A stretch of DNA of 64,000 nt from Octopus sinensis (GCF_006345805.1 NC_043011.1:48496464-48560463), one strand, 5' to 3'. Shown: positions 39,816 to 53,805, numbered from the stretch's first letter. Notes: generated from the sequence alone by a model not told the origin. Numbers and translations: made by a program.

Positions 39816-41136
39816 TTAGATATGTTGTACTTTATCTTTTTAGGAGCATAATGAAGTCAGCTGGTATTGGTAGCAAAAGTAGTTCAACACTTAAAGTTTG
39901 CACATTTTCAACAAGACACTAGAAGAAGGCTGCGAGTGAAATAAATAGAGCGAGCAAGGTAGACATGGCAGAGAAACACCTCTCTAATGGGAAATTAAAA
40001 TACATAAAATTTACAAAATATAGACAAAGCTGATGTAATTTGTTTAAATACTGTGAGTATGAGTCCTGGCAGAAGCAGCTTCTGGTATTTCATATACAGT
40101 TGGTGAACTGCAGGGGAAGTTACATCTGAAATTTGGGGCAAGATTAATGTACCATGAAGAAAGTGAGTTTTGGCAGTTAGGATTTTCCTGTATAAGAGAT
40201 GTTGAAGATGACCAACTATAGAACATCAGATTAAATGCATCACAGTGTCTAAGATTTCTTAATGTAAATTATGAATTTAGAATCTTTTCCTATATCAATT
40301 TCGCCATTTTTAACTTCTGAGGATAATAAACCACACAGAAGTAACACACTTGTAATATACCGCTAGGAATTATGTTAAGTAATATACATAAAATATTTCA
40401 ACATTTAGTAGTTTACAAGTGCTTGGTGGCTGCCTCATGAAAATTGGGATGCCATAAAAATAATCTACTCATATATCATATGAGCTGCACTAATGGAATA
40501 ATATTCTAAGTCAGTGGGAAAAAGTAAAGATTTTTAAAAATATTTATAGTAGAGAGCTTGTATCTATTAGAATCAATTGTTGTGCCAAGATATGCAATAA
40601 TATGTTTGAAATAATAAAATTGTTATGGTTAGAACTACTGACAGTGGGGTTTTGTTATCTTTCACTTCTTTTGATTAGCTACATCAGAGTCAAAGGTCAA
40701 CTTGAACAGAGCTGAATACCCAGATAGTCAACAACAATAGCAGCAGTGGCAGCAACAATAACAATTACAGAATCTTTGTAAATTAAAGAAAAATGGTTTA
40801 CGTTGGCAAGACACAAACCAATTTGTTTTGATTCAACTTGTTCGAACTATAGTTCAAATACTGAAATAATTCAAACAAAAATATTATCTTTGTCATTTTA
40901 AAATGCCAGTTGCAATCTTTTAAAGAAATATTTTGGTCTGATAAATGAGGAAACCTTTAGTATTCTTGTAAACCATCAAAATCTGCCAGCAACAAAAACT
41001 AGTTTTAAATTTCACCAAATTAGATATTCACAGACTTCCTTATGGAATAGTGGGAAAATTAATGGAGCACTGCCATATTACTAAAGATCAGTTCTTATGT
41101 GTTAAGATCTGCTTGTGCTATATGTCAGGGGATGTA

Positions 41137-41351
41137 CAAAGGGGTACTGAAAATTTCCTGGTTTTAAGGGTGTTGCAAAAGACCAGGTTGGAAGCCCAAC
41201 CTTCGGAGTTCTTTTACAGTGCTTAGAAAAGCTGAAGGACCACTGCAATAAGTGTGTGATTCAGAGAGGAATATGTTGAATAAAGTTCTAATTAACTGAT
41301 CCTCTTGTATTTTTTTCTACCCAAAGCCAGAAACTATTCAGCACAATCTCA
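41137..41351 (+). mobile_element. Decayed mariner-derived MITE
   Basis: Degenerate ~29-bp TIRs (caaaggggtactgaaaatttcctggtttt / aaagccagaaactattcagcacaatctca); internal LEAQPSEFFYS resembles the mariner transposase C-terminus. Confidence 0.65.
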
Positions 41352-41554
41352 TGAAAAGACATGGCAACTGGGATATGGTGACTCAGGTCCAAACCAGAAA
41401 GAAATTCCTGAAACCACATATTACAATCCATTTTTGCTGGGATCTTAACACTATGGGTGGAAAAAATAAAGCAAACAAGACATTCTGGACATTATTTTAC
41501 ATTATTTCTATTATTTACAAATGATGGATATTTTTCCTCATCTTGTTTGTTGTT

Positions 41555-41600
41555 AACACATAGTTTCAGCTGATATATCCTCCAGCCTTCATCAGGTGTC
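41555..41600 (-). ncRNA. Hammerhead motif, family H6, decayed stem III
   Basis: Minus strand gacacCTGATGAaggctggaggatatatcagctGAAActatgtgtt. Confidence 0.5.
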
Positions 41601-41673
41601 TTGGGGGAATTTTGAACCTGCGTTCTCATTCCTAAAGTATTTTTCAATGAATGTGGGTTTTAAATTTCCCCAT

Positions 41674-41719
41674 GACACCTGATGAAGGCTGGGTAGTATA
41701 TCAGCTGAAACATTGAATT
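41674..41719 (+). ncRNA. Hammerhead motif, family H6, decayed stems I and III
   Basis: gacacCTGATGAaggctgggtagtatatcagctGAAAcattgaatt. Confidence 0.45.
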
Positions 41720-42969
41720 AACAACAAACAAGATGAGGACAAATATCCATCAAATGTAAATAATATATGTGTGTGTGTGTGTGTGTATTTATATGCACGT
41801 GTTTATGCATATGTATCTATATAAGTTAATCCCTCACACACACACACACACATACTTCTACCTAGGTAATTAGCTAGCTATCATATGCTTGCTTTTCCAT
41901 GTAGGAATACAGTACACTTATTCTAAAAGGCAGGATACACGCATATTTATGTATGAGTGGGCATGTGTATGTGTGTCTGTATGTGTGTGGGTGTGTTTGT
42001 GCATGTGTGTATTCGTTTATAAAGTTTATAAAATTATTGAAGAGTTTAATCATATATTTTAAACTTGATGCTAAAATAAATTTGAATTTGACACAGATAC
42101 ACAGAGCAAGTTCAATGACTCACTCTAAAGTAAGTCAGTGACTGTTTAGTAGCTGTCAGTAAAATAAAGGTATGTGTTAGTGAGTGGAAGCTTCTATTGT
42201 TTTATACTAATGAGTAACATTATCTGCAGTTTACATAACTTTGGTTAAATAGTCCTGAGCAATGCTGATAATCAAAATGTCTGAAACATTTTGAAATACA
42301 TATATATTATAACCATTCTTGTGGAGGCACATGGCTTAGTGGTTAGAGCTGTGGACTTGCAGTTGAGAGATCATAGGTTCAAATATCAGACCAGGTAATG
42401 CGTGTGTTTATGAGTGAAACACCTAAGTTCCACGCGACTTCAGCAGAAGGTTATGACGAACTTCTGCTGACTGCAAGTTATAGATGATTCTTTTATGACT
42501 TCATTGCTTTCAGGCTTAGCTTCAGGTATTTTTGCACCTGACATCACAAAATGCATCTTAATAAACATTGCCGGACAGCAAATAGAGACGCGGACATTGC
42601 TTAGAAAATATTTTTCATTTTTAACCTCATATATAGTATGCATTAGGGATATTGACCTTTAAATTTTGGAAAAAAAAAACGGATTATACTCGAGGATTTA
42701 TGGTTACTAGACATTTCTTGGACTGCTTCCACTTGAGAATGGACCTTTGCACCTGAACTATGAAGGATTTTCTACAAATTTAAAAGCTTTGTTATTTTGC
42801 TTTTCTTGTTCTTGCTTTATTGTTACAAAACGAAGGAAAATATTTTAGATAAACAAACTGAATAAAGATTCAGTAAAAAGATGTTAAATAGAATACATAA
42901 CAAATGTGAATCATCCTTAGCCTCAGCTGGTACAATATTTTAGTTTTTATTTAAAATAAACAAATTTAA

Positions 42970-43359
42970 AGAGTAGTTGTGTATTGTCAATTTAATGTGG
43001 CAATCCCATGAAGGGAATCACACCACTGCTATTTAGCCCTAGGAAGCATCAACGCTTCCTGTCGGCCTTGTAATCAGTGGATTTATTTCACTAGAATTCT
43101 TATATGCTTACAAGGCCTAGACAAGCATCTCCAACTAGCAGGCCATGCTACTCCAGACTGATGACAAGCAAGACTCAGAAACTAGTCTCTGGGTGCAGTC
43201 TTAGCTGGGTGGGGGTGCTTGTCGCCCTCTTGTTAACATAAGGGCACAGGAGATGTGTCAAGGCCGACAGGAAGCGTTAATGCTTCCTAGGGTTAAATAG
43301 CAGTAGTGTGATTCCCTTCATGGGACTATCACATTAAGTTGACAATACACAACTACTCT
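42970..43359. mobile_element. 390-bp element with 101-bp inverted arms enclosing hammerhead H3
   Basis: Arms 42970-43070 and 43259-43359, each with an internal aggaagc/gcttcct hairpin. Confidence 0.7.
43153..43192 (+). ncRNA. Minimal type I hammerhead, canonical core and GUC site, decayed stem II (family H3)
   Basis: CCAGA-CUGAUGA-caagcaagacuca-GAA-ACUAGU-C-UCUGG; perfect stem I, palindromic stem III; two CpA>CpG reversions give stem II CGAG/CUCG. Confidence 0.65.
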
Positions 43360-43980
43360 ATCGTACCACTACTGCTTATATCTCTTTGAGATATTTAGAA
43401 ATGTAATAAACCAATTTAAGTTATTTATTAAACTATTAGGTATTTTAATGGATGATCTTAAAAATATGAATAACATTTTGCGTTCATATTTTTCCTTTAA
43501 AACATATTTTTTTAATGTGTAAAAATGTGCTAAAAATTTTCATTATTTCTGTTGCCTTGATCATAAATTATTTATAATGCTTATTAGCATTTGGTGTGAG
43601 ACAAATGAAATAAGAAAATAAAATAGACTGTATTTAATATAATCGTTGGGTTTGAATTGGCAAATGGTATCAAAGAAAACTGAGTTTCTAATCTATAATT
43701 TCAAATTCAGCACTTGTTATATCTGATTAAGAAGTCTGCTTCAGAACAACATACTTTCTTGTTCAATGTCACCTTGGACAAGTGTCTTTTACTATAGTCA
43801 CATGCTGAGCAAAGCATTATAGGTGAAATTTGGTCAATGAAAATTGTACAGAAGACCATCAAACACACACACACACATATATGTAAATATGTAGATAATG
43901 CATATATATATGAATATATACAACTAAATACATATCTCTGTATATATACATATACAGATATATATGTGTGTATATATATG

Positions 43981-44017
<37 letters not shown>

Positions 44018-44150
44018 ATAAATATTAGGGAATAAATCCAAATTTACAGGGAAAAAATCAGGTTTTTTTGACTTTTTATTAAAATTTTATGTATTGATTA
44101 AGTCTTTCCTTGTTTGTTTTGCAAAATAGTGGTTTTGTCTCTAATAATAT

Positions 44151-44202
<52 letters not shown>

Positions 44203-45882
44203 GTGTATGTGTGTGGGACCTATGCCAGGGGTGTAACCAGCCCACTTATGTGTACCTTTCCTTCATTGGACACTAAACTCTGCTTGCGAAGACCTGTTGA
44301 GGCAAGTGGAATCGAAATCAAAATCAAATTTGATGACTGGCATGCATGCTAGTGGAGCACTAAGAGCACCATCCGAGCATGATCATTGCTAGAGTAGGTA
44401 ACTGGCTTCTGTGCCGGTGGCACGTAAAAAGCACCAATCTAGCATGATCGTTACCAGCATCGCTTTACTGGCACTTGTGCCAATGGCATGTGAAAAAAAC
44501 ATTCGAGTATTGCTGCTTATCCAAATGTACAATATTGTCTTGAACGTTCTTGTTTAATTCATGCCATTGAAGAAAAAGTACATATAAAAGACAATGATCC
44601 TCATCTTGTCCGTTAAACAATGGAAGGGCTGAAAAAGAGCCATTATTGTGCTACTCTTTGGGCATTTGACACAATAGAACCCAACATTAGTGCCAGCCTT
44701 TGGAATATTGTGGTCTGGAAATATATTCATGTAATGCTTATCATTATATGAATCTGCCCTATGGAGGCAAAAAAATAAAACTGATCTGAATAGATTTTAA
44801 TTGAAGGCTTAAAAGAATGTCACTAAACAGAACAAAACATCTGTTAAACTTTTCAGAAATAGCGACCAAATCTTCCTCAAATCATGTAATACAATCTTTA
44901 AAAAGAACGGAGGAGACATTGGATAATATAGACCTAGATAAATAATGACTAAAATACAGACAGTCACAGCTTGAAATCATTTGGTCATATATCTTCTGAA
45001 GCAGGGATCAACCACAAATACAAATAAATTCTCTATCTTTATGCAAAGGTGAGTTCAATAATGGAGATAAAAATAAGTGCTCCAGCCCAGCAAGACACCA
45101 TAAAAATGTCTGTCGGACAATATTAATGTGTAATGTATGAATTGCTAGTTCAATTTACTTATTCATTCAAACATGGTTTTCTAAATTCTTTTTCACCAAA
45201 TACATAGTGGAAAGTAAATAAAAAGAAAGTTTAAAAATCAATATACTGAATATTTTAGTATTCATACAGTGTTCGGTTGAAAGAATTTTTTTAACAGTTG
45301 TCAAACTAACTCTAATATGTAAATTGGCTTACACAGTTTTAAGCCAGCCAATACATTCTACAATAGCTCTAAGCTATTATCTCTCACCACAATACCAGGT
45401 TTAAATGGAGGCTGATGAGGCATAATTAAACGGAAATCACTCTGATATTTTTCAGAAAATTTGTGGGACAATACTACAAAATTCATTCCTCCCCAGGACA
45501 ATATATTGTTTAATGAGTGTAAAGAAGACTGTCTGCTTAAAGAATATGAATTCCAATTACATATTTCAGGTTTAATCCCATTGCATGGTAACTTCAGCTG
45601 GTGTATTCTTCCATAGCACTAAGTCAGTCAAAGCCTTCATGAGTGAAGTTTGAGCCCAGAAACACTACGAAGGCTGACAGGAGAGGAATGTTCTTATTCT
45701 TCCCTTTTGCTAATATTCTGTGTCTTTGCACCTCATTATGATGCAAACAATAACTTGAAATAATTTGCATGCACTACTTATAAATAATTCTTCCTACTAC
45801 AGGTAAATGGCTTGAAATTTTCGTGGGCGGGGCTAGTTGAATACATCAACCCAATTGGTCAACTGGTACTTATTTTATCCTC

Positions 45883-46345
45883 CATCAGGCATTTGCCATA
45901 TTTTGAACGCCTTACTTCCCTCGCCATGGATACATTGAAACTCCAACATCTGGCAGCTGACTTGACAGACACCCATAAAATTATTAACCATCTTACCAAC
46001 AATAACCTTTTCAAACTCCACCTGTCTAACACCCGTGGACATGTTTACAAAGTCAGAATCAGCACAGCTCCCAGAACTTTTGGAAACATTCTTTCACGCT
46101 AAGAGTTGCTGAAGTATGGAACAAACTGCCGGCATCAGTTGTTAGTTGTCAGAGCACTGCCTCCTTCAAAACTTCCCAACACTACACCTGATTTTCTCCC
46201 CTCCATACACACGCAAACATGTATCTGACTCATACACTGTTCACTTCCCAGTCATTTGTACATTACTGCATGTACTTTATATGCACTTTTGACAAGTTGT
46301 GTTGCACCTGAGCACTGTATGCAATAATTTCATTATTATTATTAT
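45883..46345 (+). mobile_element. Decayed 3' fragment of a CR1-like LINE inserted into a SINE-B copy
   Basis: LPYFERLTSLAMDTLKL...NTRGHVYKV, then frameshifted FWKHSFTLRVAEVWNKLPASVVSCQSTASFK; (ATT)n tail. Confidence 0.8.
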
Positions 46346-46651
46346 TTAACTCTAAAAGAATGATAAAGCTAGCCTCAGTGGTTTTTTGAACTCAGAATGT
46401 AAAGCTGGAAGGATTTTGTTAAGCATTTTGTCAAGTTGTCTGATATGCCTTTAATGTTAGTTTTATGATAATGTCATCAACCCTCGTATCTTTGCTCTGG
46501 GCAGCTAATGGCTACTGTTTTTCTTACGAGTATCATGTAACAAAAGCTTAGATTTCCTAAATGGTTTTAGAGAACAGCTAAGAGTGACCGACGGCACATA
46601 TATGAACAAAATAGCCAAATACAGACATATCAAATACCATACAGCATATAT

Positions 46652-47054
46652 TACTCTTTTACTTGTTTCAGTTATTTGACTGTGGCCATGCTGGAGCACC
46701 ACCTTTAGTCAAGCAAATTGCCCCCAGGATTTATTCTTTCTAAGCTTAGTACTTATTCTATCGGTCTCTTTTACTGAACTGCTAAGTTACAGAGACGTAA
46801 ACACACCAGCATTGGTTGTCAAGCGATGTTGGGGGACAAACACAGACACACAAACATATACACACACGTACATATATATATATATACACAGATATACGAT
46901 GAGCTTCTTTCAGTTTCTGTCTACCAAATCCACTCACAAAGCTTTGGTCGGCCCGAGGCTATAGTAGAAGACACTTGCTCAAGGTGCCATGCAGTGAGAC
47001 TGAACCCGGTACCATATGGTTCGTAAACAAGCTACTTACCACACAGCTACTCCT
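46652..47054 (-). mobile_element. SINE family A
   Basis: Reverse-complement homology. Confidence 0.85.
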
Positions 47055-48132
47055 ACGCCTATACTATAGATTTATTTATTATAATTATCTCCACCTCTAG
47101 AGGCGATGTCACAATCTCCAAATGGTTATTGAGACCAGCTCTATAGGAAAAAAGGGAGATAATCTAAACAATGATCACTGAGGATGAACCTCATTAGCTA
47201 GAGAGAGAGAGAGAGAGAGAGGAGGGGAGCTGTATAAGCCATGGAATCTGTTTTCATAGTTCTAACTAAATAGTAAAAGAAAAATATAAACAGGTAGATT
47301 AACAGGTAATTCAGATTTAGATTGTTAAGTACACAAATAAATAGACATATGCATTAAGACGAATAATTCTGTAAAGGGCAGCAATGAAACTGGTTCATAA
47401 AACCACTTTTTTTCCAGACCAATATACATGTTGTTTGTCCATGCACACTACACACACATCCTCCTCCTCCTCATCATCATCATCATCACCACCACCATCA
47501 TCACCACCACCATCATCACCACCATCATCACCACCACCATCATCATCATCATTTAGCATTTGATTTTCATACTGACATAGATATGTATGTGTGAGTGTGT
47601 GTGTGTGTGTACATGCATGCGTGTGTGTACATTTATATATATACATATGTGAATGTAAATATATGTATCTATATATGTGTGTGTGCATGCACATGTGTTT
47701 GTGCATGTGTGTGTGTGTGTGTGTGTATATGTATGTGCATGCATGTCTAAAACTTCATACTCGGTAGAGCATTATCATAGCTGCCTTCTGCAGAATTCAT
47801 GGTCCTAATGTATTTGACAAACATCTCCATATTTACACCTTCAAATATTGCTCTCTATAATGTTTGCTAATGCACTCTGCTAAGTTAACTACCACTAAAT
47901 ATAGGTGAGTCAAACATTTGTGAAGTCTCACATTTTAATATCTCATATCTTAGCTGTTGCTAGTCTGTTTAACCTGGGTAAACTTGAACCCCTATAATTC
48001 ACTTCTGGTTGATGATGTCGAAAGCTGGACTGTTTATAGGGTGTAGTGATAAGATAAACACAGTTTTGTATCCAAGTTAACTTTATATTTTGATACATTT
48101 CTCCTCTCAAAATGTTTTTACTGACAGATTAG

Positions 48133-48369
48133 GGCAGTGAGCTGGCAGTAGTGTTAGCATGCTGGGCGAAATACTGAGTGGCATTTCGTCTGCCGCAACG
48201 TTCTGAGTTCAAATTCTGCTAAGGTCAACTTAGCCTTTCATCTTTCGGGGTCGATTAAATAGATACCAGTTATGCACTGGGGTCGATATAATCGACTTAA
48301 TCCATTTGTCTGTCCTTGTTTGTCCCCTCTGTGTGTAGCCCCCTGTGGGCAGTAAAGAAATAGGATTAT
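48133..48369 (+). mobile_element. SINE family B (ggtgagctggcag head; ctttgcctttcatcctttcggggtcgat central motif, resembling the Meta/MESC domain)
   Basis: Homologous copies at ~1640, 14830, 16220, 18500, 18763, 20330, 23955, 24170, 34851, 38870, 50818, 57428, 58300 and 62795. Confidence 0.75.
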
Positions 48370-48588
48370 GGGTAAAGAAATAGATAGACATACCATACCT
48401 AGAACCAGGCCCTGAGTTAGAGCTACAGTTTAAATTAGATTTGTTACATAAGTATATTCAGTATCTTACCAACACCTGATACCTTCATGGTTGTTTTACC
48501 TCACTGCGAACCCTATGTTATTTTACCTAGCCATTTCCAGCATCATATTTCTTGATGTGCCTATATTCTATTGAATCCTATAACGAAT

Positions 48589-48633
<45 letters not shown>

Positions 48634-48656
48634 ATATGTGTGTATATATAAGTGCA

Positions 48657-48840
48657 GGAGTGGCTGTGTGGTAAGTAGCTTGCTTCCAAACCACATGGTG
48701 CCGGGTTCAGTCCCACTGCATGGCACCTTGGGTAAGTGTCTTCTACTATTGCTCCAGGCTCACCAAAGCCTTGTGAGTAGATTTGGTAGATGGAGACTAA
48801 AAGAAGCCCATCATATAAATATATACATATATATATATAT
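48657..48840 (+). mobile_element. SINE family A, 5' half
   Basis: Head and core only. Confidence 0.75.
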
Positions 48841-49789
48841 ATGGCCTGGCTCACCATTGATTATGAAGACAAGTGTTCTAGTTGATATGACTACTGGAAC
48901 AACATGCTTGTTAAACTACTGTGCAAGGTGCTGAGCATTCCTTAGACACATGTACCCTTAATGTAGCTTTCAAGTAGATTCAGCACACTGCACCAAATCT
49001 GACAAAGCTGGCCCTTTGAAGTACTGGTACAAATTTATTTTGCATTCGGAGAGGACTGGAGCAACATGAAATAAAGTGTCTTGTAAAAGGTCATAACACA
49101 CCATTGGGAATTGAACTCACAACTTCACAATCATGAGTTGAATAACCCTAATGACTTAACCACACTCCTAAACTATATATGCATGCATGAATTGAAATGA
49201 TAACCCTCTTCTTTTCGTAGCCCACTTACGTTTCACAGATGCACACAAGCACACAGCAACATATTCTCTTTATTTTGATATTCACCATCTATCTACACAT
49301 TATTCTCTTTGAAACTTCATACTGATATATACGAGGTGTTTCCATAATTGACACTGGATGAGTGGTGGGGAGGAGGTGAAGAAATTGGGTGAAGTCTGCA
49401 ATTATGATGCAAAATTGGCATGGTCAATTTGGATGAAAATTATACATTTATCACTGTGAGAACAATATTGTAAAAAATCAATATTAGGCACTTTTCTCAA
49501 AGAATTTTGCAAAACAAAATAAAAAGAACACTGCGTAAGATTCATTCACACCCAAAATACAAATGTTCATACATGTGTTAAGTGTGTGTCAACCATGATT
49601 TTTCTCTTCAGATCATTTGAATGTAAAATTAACAAAGCCAATGTTATGCATAAGAAATATGGGTTAAATTTGATTTAAACCTGATCAATAATGGATAATT
49701 TTATAAAATTATTGTCAACAACTGTGGCTTAGCATTGCCTCTAAAATATTTTTGTGTTCAATATTTTTGGTTCAATTAATTCTTTTACT

Positions 49790-50525
49790 TGCTTCAGTTA
49801 TTAGATTGTGGTTAAGTTGGGGGCAGTGCCTTGAAGAATTTTTAGTTGACTGAATCGACCCCAATACTTATTTTTCAAGCCTGGTACTTATTCTGTCATT
49901 TTCTTTTCTCAAATTGCTAAGTCATGAATACATAAATACATCAACACTGGTTGTCAAGCTTGTTTCTATTTCCATCTACCAAATACACTCAAAGCTTTTT
50001 TTATAGGCAACTCAAGACTATAGTAAAAGACGCTTGCCTAGCAATGAGACTGAACCCAGAACCATGTGCCTGGGAAGCAAGCTACTTACCACACAACCAC
50101 ACCTGCATAAATATACTCTTTTACTTGTTTCAGTCATTTGACTGTGGCCATACTGGAGCACCGCCTTTAGTTGAGCAAATTGACTCCAGGACTTATTCTT
50201 TGTAAGCCTAGTACTTATTCTATTGGTCTCTTTTGCCGAACCGCTAAGTTATGGTGACGTAAACACACCAGCATCTATTGTCAAGCGATGTTGGGGGGGG
50301 GGAGGACAAACACAGATATTCAAACATATACACACACATACATATATACATATATATACTTATATACAATGGGCTTCTTTCAGTTTCCGTCTACCAAATC
50401 CACTCACAAGGCTTTGGTTGGCCCAAGGCTATGGTAGAAGATACTTGCCCAAGTTGCTATGCAGTGGGACTGAACCCAGAACCATGTGATTCGTAAGCAA
50501 GCTACTTACCACACAGCCACTCCTA
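49790..50525 (-). mobile_element. Two adjacent SINE-A copies, older ~49790-50107 and younger ~50115-50525
   Basis: Reverse-complement homology. Confidence 0.75.
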
Positions 50526-51014
50526 TGCCTATATGCACAATAATTATTACACTTTTTACAGATCCTAGTCAAAAGGAGAAGGGCAGTAACCACAAACTTT
50601 TTGAAGAGTAAGATTGACAGATCAAAAAAGAAGATTAAAGCTTAAAGATTTAACTGGAGTAAGAATCATTGCATCAAAATACTGAACTGTCCCCAGGTTA
50701 GAGAGAGCTACTTGGTCTGAACGCTTCCAACAAAGTATCCTCTGCTAAAGATACCGAAAGACCAGGAGGTACTGTAAAACTGGAAACAGATGAAGCTTAC
50801 CATATACCTATAAATAAGGCAGTCAGCTGGCAGAGGTGATAGCAGGCAGGGCAAAATGCTAAATGACATGAGTTCAAATTCTGCTGAGGTCGACTTTGCC
50901 TTTCATCCTTTTGGGGTCGATTACTGATGTTGATGTAACCGACTTACCCCTCCCACTGACATTGCCAAAATTAGAAACCGATAATACGTATAATTTATCT
51001 GACATATGCCTACA

Positions 51015-51145
51015 GGCATATGGCATAGTGGTTAAGAGCACAGGCTAATAACGACAAGATTTTAAGTTCAATTCCAGGCAGTGACTTGAATAATAATAAT
51101 TATTATTATTCCAACCTGTGCTAGCGTGGAAAACAGACGTTAAAC

Positions 51146-51176
<31 letters not shown>

Positions 51177-51348
51177 ATTATTATTATTATTATTATAACA
51201 TCGAAAAATACCTTAGGGACGAGAACCCAGGTTCGAAATTTCCCTGAGACACCTGATGAAGGCTGGAGGATATATCAGCCGAAACATTGTGTTAACAACA
51301 AACAAGATGAGGACAAATATCTGTCAAATGTAAATAATGTAAATAATT
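51015..51348 (+). mobile_element. Second composite tRNA-head/H6 element, with a SINE-D tail inserted in its microsatellite
   Basis: A box tggcatagtgg 51021-51031, B box aagttcaattcc 51064-51075, insert ~51111-51175, hammerhead 51248-51293. Confidence 0.6.
51248..51293 (+). ncRNA. Hammerhead motif, family H6, best-preserved core
   Basis: gacac-CTGATGA-a-ggctg(gaggatatat)cagcc-GAA-acat-t-gtgtt; perfect 5-bp stem II; ACGT>ACAT is consistent with CpG decay. Confidence 0.65.
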
Positions 51349-52339
51349 CATCTAATAGTTTAAATCAAAGTTACTATCTACTTATTACGATTTCGGTGAA
51401 TCAAGTCTGTGGCAGAAGACATTTGCCTTAAATTTGAAGGAGTGAAATTAAACACACAACCTCGAGGTTGCAAAACAAACTTTTAAAACATAGTAATGCC
51501 TGTACGTATATTGCAACGTTGAGTTTTACTGTTTTATTCAGAGCATTGGTTAACCTAAGGATAAAGAAGAAAATACTTGCTCAAGGTGGGTGCAATGCAG
51601 TTCCAACAAACCTGAAGCTACGTAGCTGTAAAGTAAACTTTTTAACCACACAACCATATTTGCACAGAGCAGTATATATATGTGTGTGTATGTGAGGAAG
51701 AGAGAGAATGTATGTGTTTATGTGTATATGTGTGTGTGTGTGTGGTGTAAGTGTGTGTAAGATGTGTTCCATCAGATGCTGTATCTGAAGTGGAGCTAAA
51801 CTCTAGAGTGAACAAATCTCAACTACATTTTATAAATGGTTAATCTTTTGCCAGTTAATTCAAAGTTATGGAATAACGGGGTAAAATGAACAGAGAAAAA
51901 AAACCTAGGAAAACCTATTACTGGAAAAGTTATTTAATGTTTAATTAGATTGATAACTGGCTACTCAAGAATAGACAGAAACCAATTAACTACATTTCTG
52001 TTTGTTATTGTACTGTGACGGATGTGTGTGTGTGTGTGTGTGTGTATTTGCTTGTAAATATAATGTATATTGGGAAGTATGGTGTGTACATAGAATCTTG
52101 TGTGGGTGTAGACAGTGATTTTCTCCCTCTTTTCTCTCTTTTATTATGTATGCATGTATACATGTATATGTGTGTGTGTATATATATATATATATGTATG
52201 TATGTATATACACACACATGTACATACAGTTGCACATATATTTATGTATATATATATATATATTTCTTTATAAACACACAGACACACATGTATATATATA
52301 TATACTATATATACATATATAATGATATATATAAATATA

Positions 52340-52373
<34 letters not shown>

Positions 52374-52449
52374 CTGCTTACATATATATAATCATATATA
52401 TACATATATATATAATCATATATATGTAATCATATACATATGTAATTAT

Positions 52450-52488
<39 letters not shown>

Positions 52489-53302
52489 GTATGTGTATAT
52501 AAATATATATATATATATAAATAAATGGATTGTGTTCATTTGGTCTAAATTCATTGAAATGTAAGCAGTTATATATGTGAACGAATGTTTTTGTATAGGT
52601 ATAACTAATGTCTATGTTGATATGTTTGTGACTGGTATGAATATGTATGTGGGATAATAACATACCAAAGAAACTAAAACTTTCATCAGTGGTTTTAATA
52701 GGAAAGGACATTACCATCACTACAATTAGTTTAGAATTAAAGATTCTTTAGTCCAAGACTAATTCCAGACATATTCATATATCCAGGAATTTGTTTATAG
52801 TCATCAAATGTTTGTACTGTGCATTACGTCTCTCTCTCTCTCTCTCTCTCTTCTTTCTCTCTCTTTCTCTCTTTCTCTCTTTCTCTCCCTCTCTTCCCCT
52901 CTCCCTCTCTCTCCCTACCTCACTCTCTCTCTCTCCATCAAATCGACATTGCCTGAACAGATGCACAGGGACCACACATCAGTTGTTGATGTGATTGCGG
53001 AGCAATGTGAGATACAAGGATTTCCTCAAGAACTCAATGCTCAACCCGCAACAAGAATTGAAACCATGATTCCATGGTTATGAGTTCAACACCCTAACCT
53101 CTAGGCCATGTGCCCTTACAGCAGCCTTATTAATTACAATCTTATTAACAAAGTGTCAGATATTCTGACATAGTGAGGTCACAAAAAGCTTATGAACCTT
53201 CTTCGTGAGAGGCAGGAGTGGCTGTGTGGTAAGTAGCTTGCTTACCAACCACCTGGTTTTGGGTTCAATCCCACTGTGGGGCACCTTTGGCCAGTGTCTT
53301 CT

Positions 53303-53545
53303 GCATATAGGTTCCCCACCTGGACAGGACACCGGTCTGTCGCAGGTGAGCTGCAAGATGCAGGAGGAAAGAGTGAGAGAAAGTTGTGGCAAAAGAGTCA
53401 GCAGAAGTTCACCATTAACTTCTGCCAGAGTCGCATGGAACTTAGGTGTTTCACTCATAAACACACACATCGCCCAGTCTGAGGTTTGAACCTGTGATCC
53501 CTCGACCGCGAATCCACTGCTCTAACCACTAGGCCATGTGCCTCC
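53303..53545 (-). mobile_element. SINE family C variant, abutting a truncated SINE-A head (53215-53302)
   Basis: Reverse-complement head homology; a related head lies at 42323-42476 (+). Confidence 0.7.
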
Positions 53546-53614
53546 GTATCCTTTGCCCTACTGGCAAATAAATAGAATCACGATTACTATAATTATTATT
53601 ACTTTGTTGTTGTT

Positions 53615-53805
53615 GGAATTTTGTCAGTGAACAGGTCGTGGTCTTAAAGCGATGAAAATATTTTGAGAAATTAAATTTAAATGCTGAAGTGAATCTAACG
53701 GTTTTTGTGTGTTTCTTAAATGGCTTATAAACACCTTCCATGCTACAGTTGTTTTCGTTCCAGCACACGATCTCAGATCAAGTCACTTGCTATGCAAGTA
53801 CATCT
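53615..53805 (+). mobile_element. Single-arm copy of the H1 family
   Basis: Homologous to the reverse complement of 21315-21490. Confidence 0.6.
53622..53668 (+). ncRNA. Partly decayed second copy of hammerhead family H1
   Basis: tgtca-GTGAACA-g-gtcgt(ggtcttaaa)gcgat-GAA-aatatt-t-tgaga; stem II kept by G-U wobbles, one stem I mismatch. Confidence 0.55.

Larger units (their letters stand above)
41499..41765. mobile_element. Inverted pair of H6 terminal repeats
   Basis: Minus copy ~41499-41647 and plus copy ~41660-41765 of the ...gacacctgatgaagg...gatgaggacaaatatc...aaatgtaaataat sequence. Confidence 0.65.

Noticed and set aside
40044-40226. 60-aa minus-strand ORF with plausible composition
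   Set aside because: No convincing splice sites or recognisable homology.
44520-44750. Peptide LIHAIEEKVHIKDNDPHLVR*TMEGLKK, loosely like a DIRS/Crypton tyrosine-recombinase N-terminus
   Set aside because: Similarity too weak to support by eye; contains a stop.
45408-45445. CTGATGA...GAAA spacing like a hammerhead; similar cores at ~15228 and ~35146, and on the minus strand at ~28945 and ~52685
   Set aside because: Stems II and III and/or stem I do not pair.
50697-50830. Protein-like frame RELLGLNASNKVSSAKDTERPGG...
   Set aside because: The 72-nt candidate exon has stops in all phases and the flanking frames are broken; probably a decayed element.
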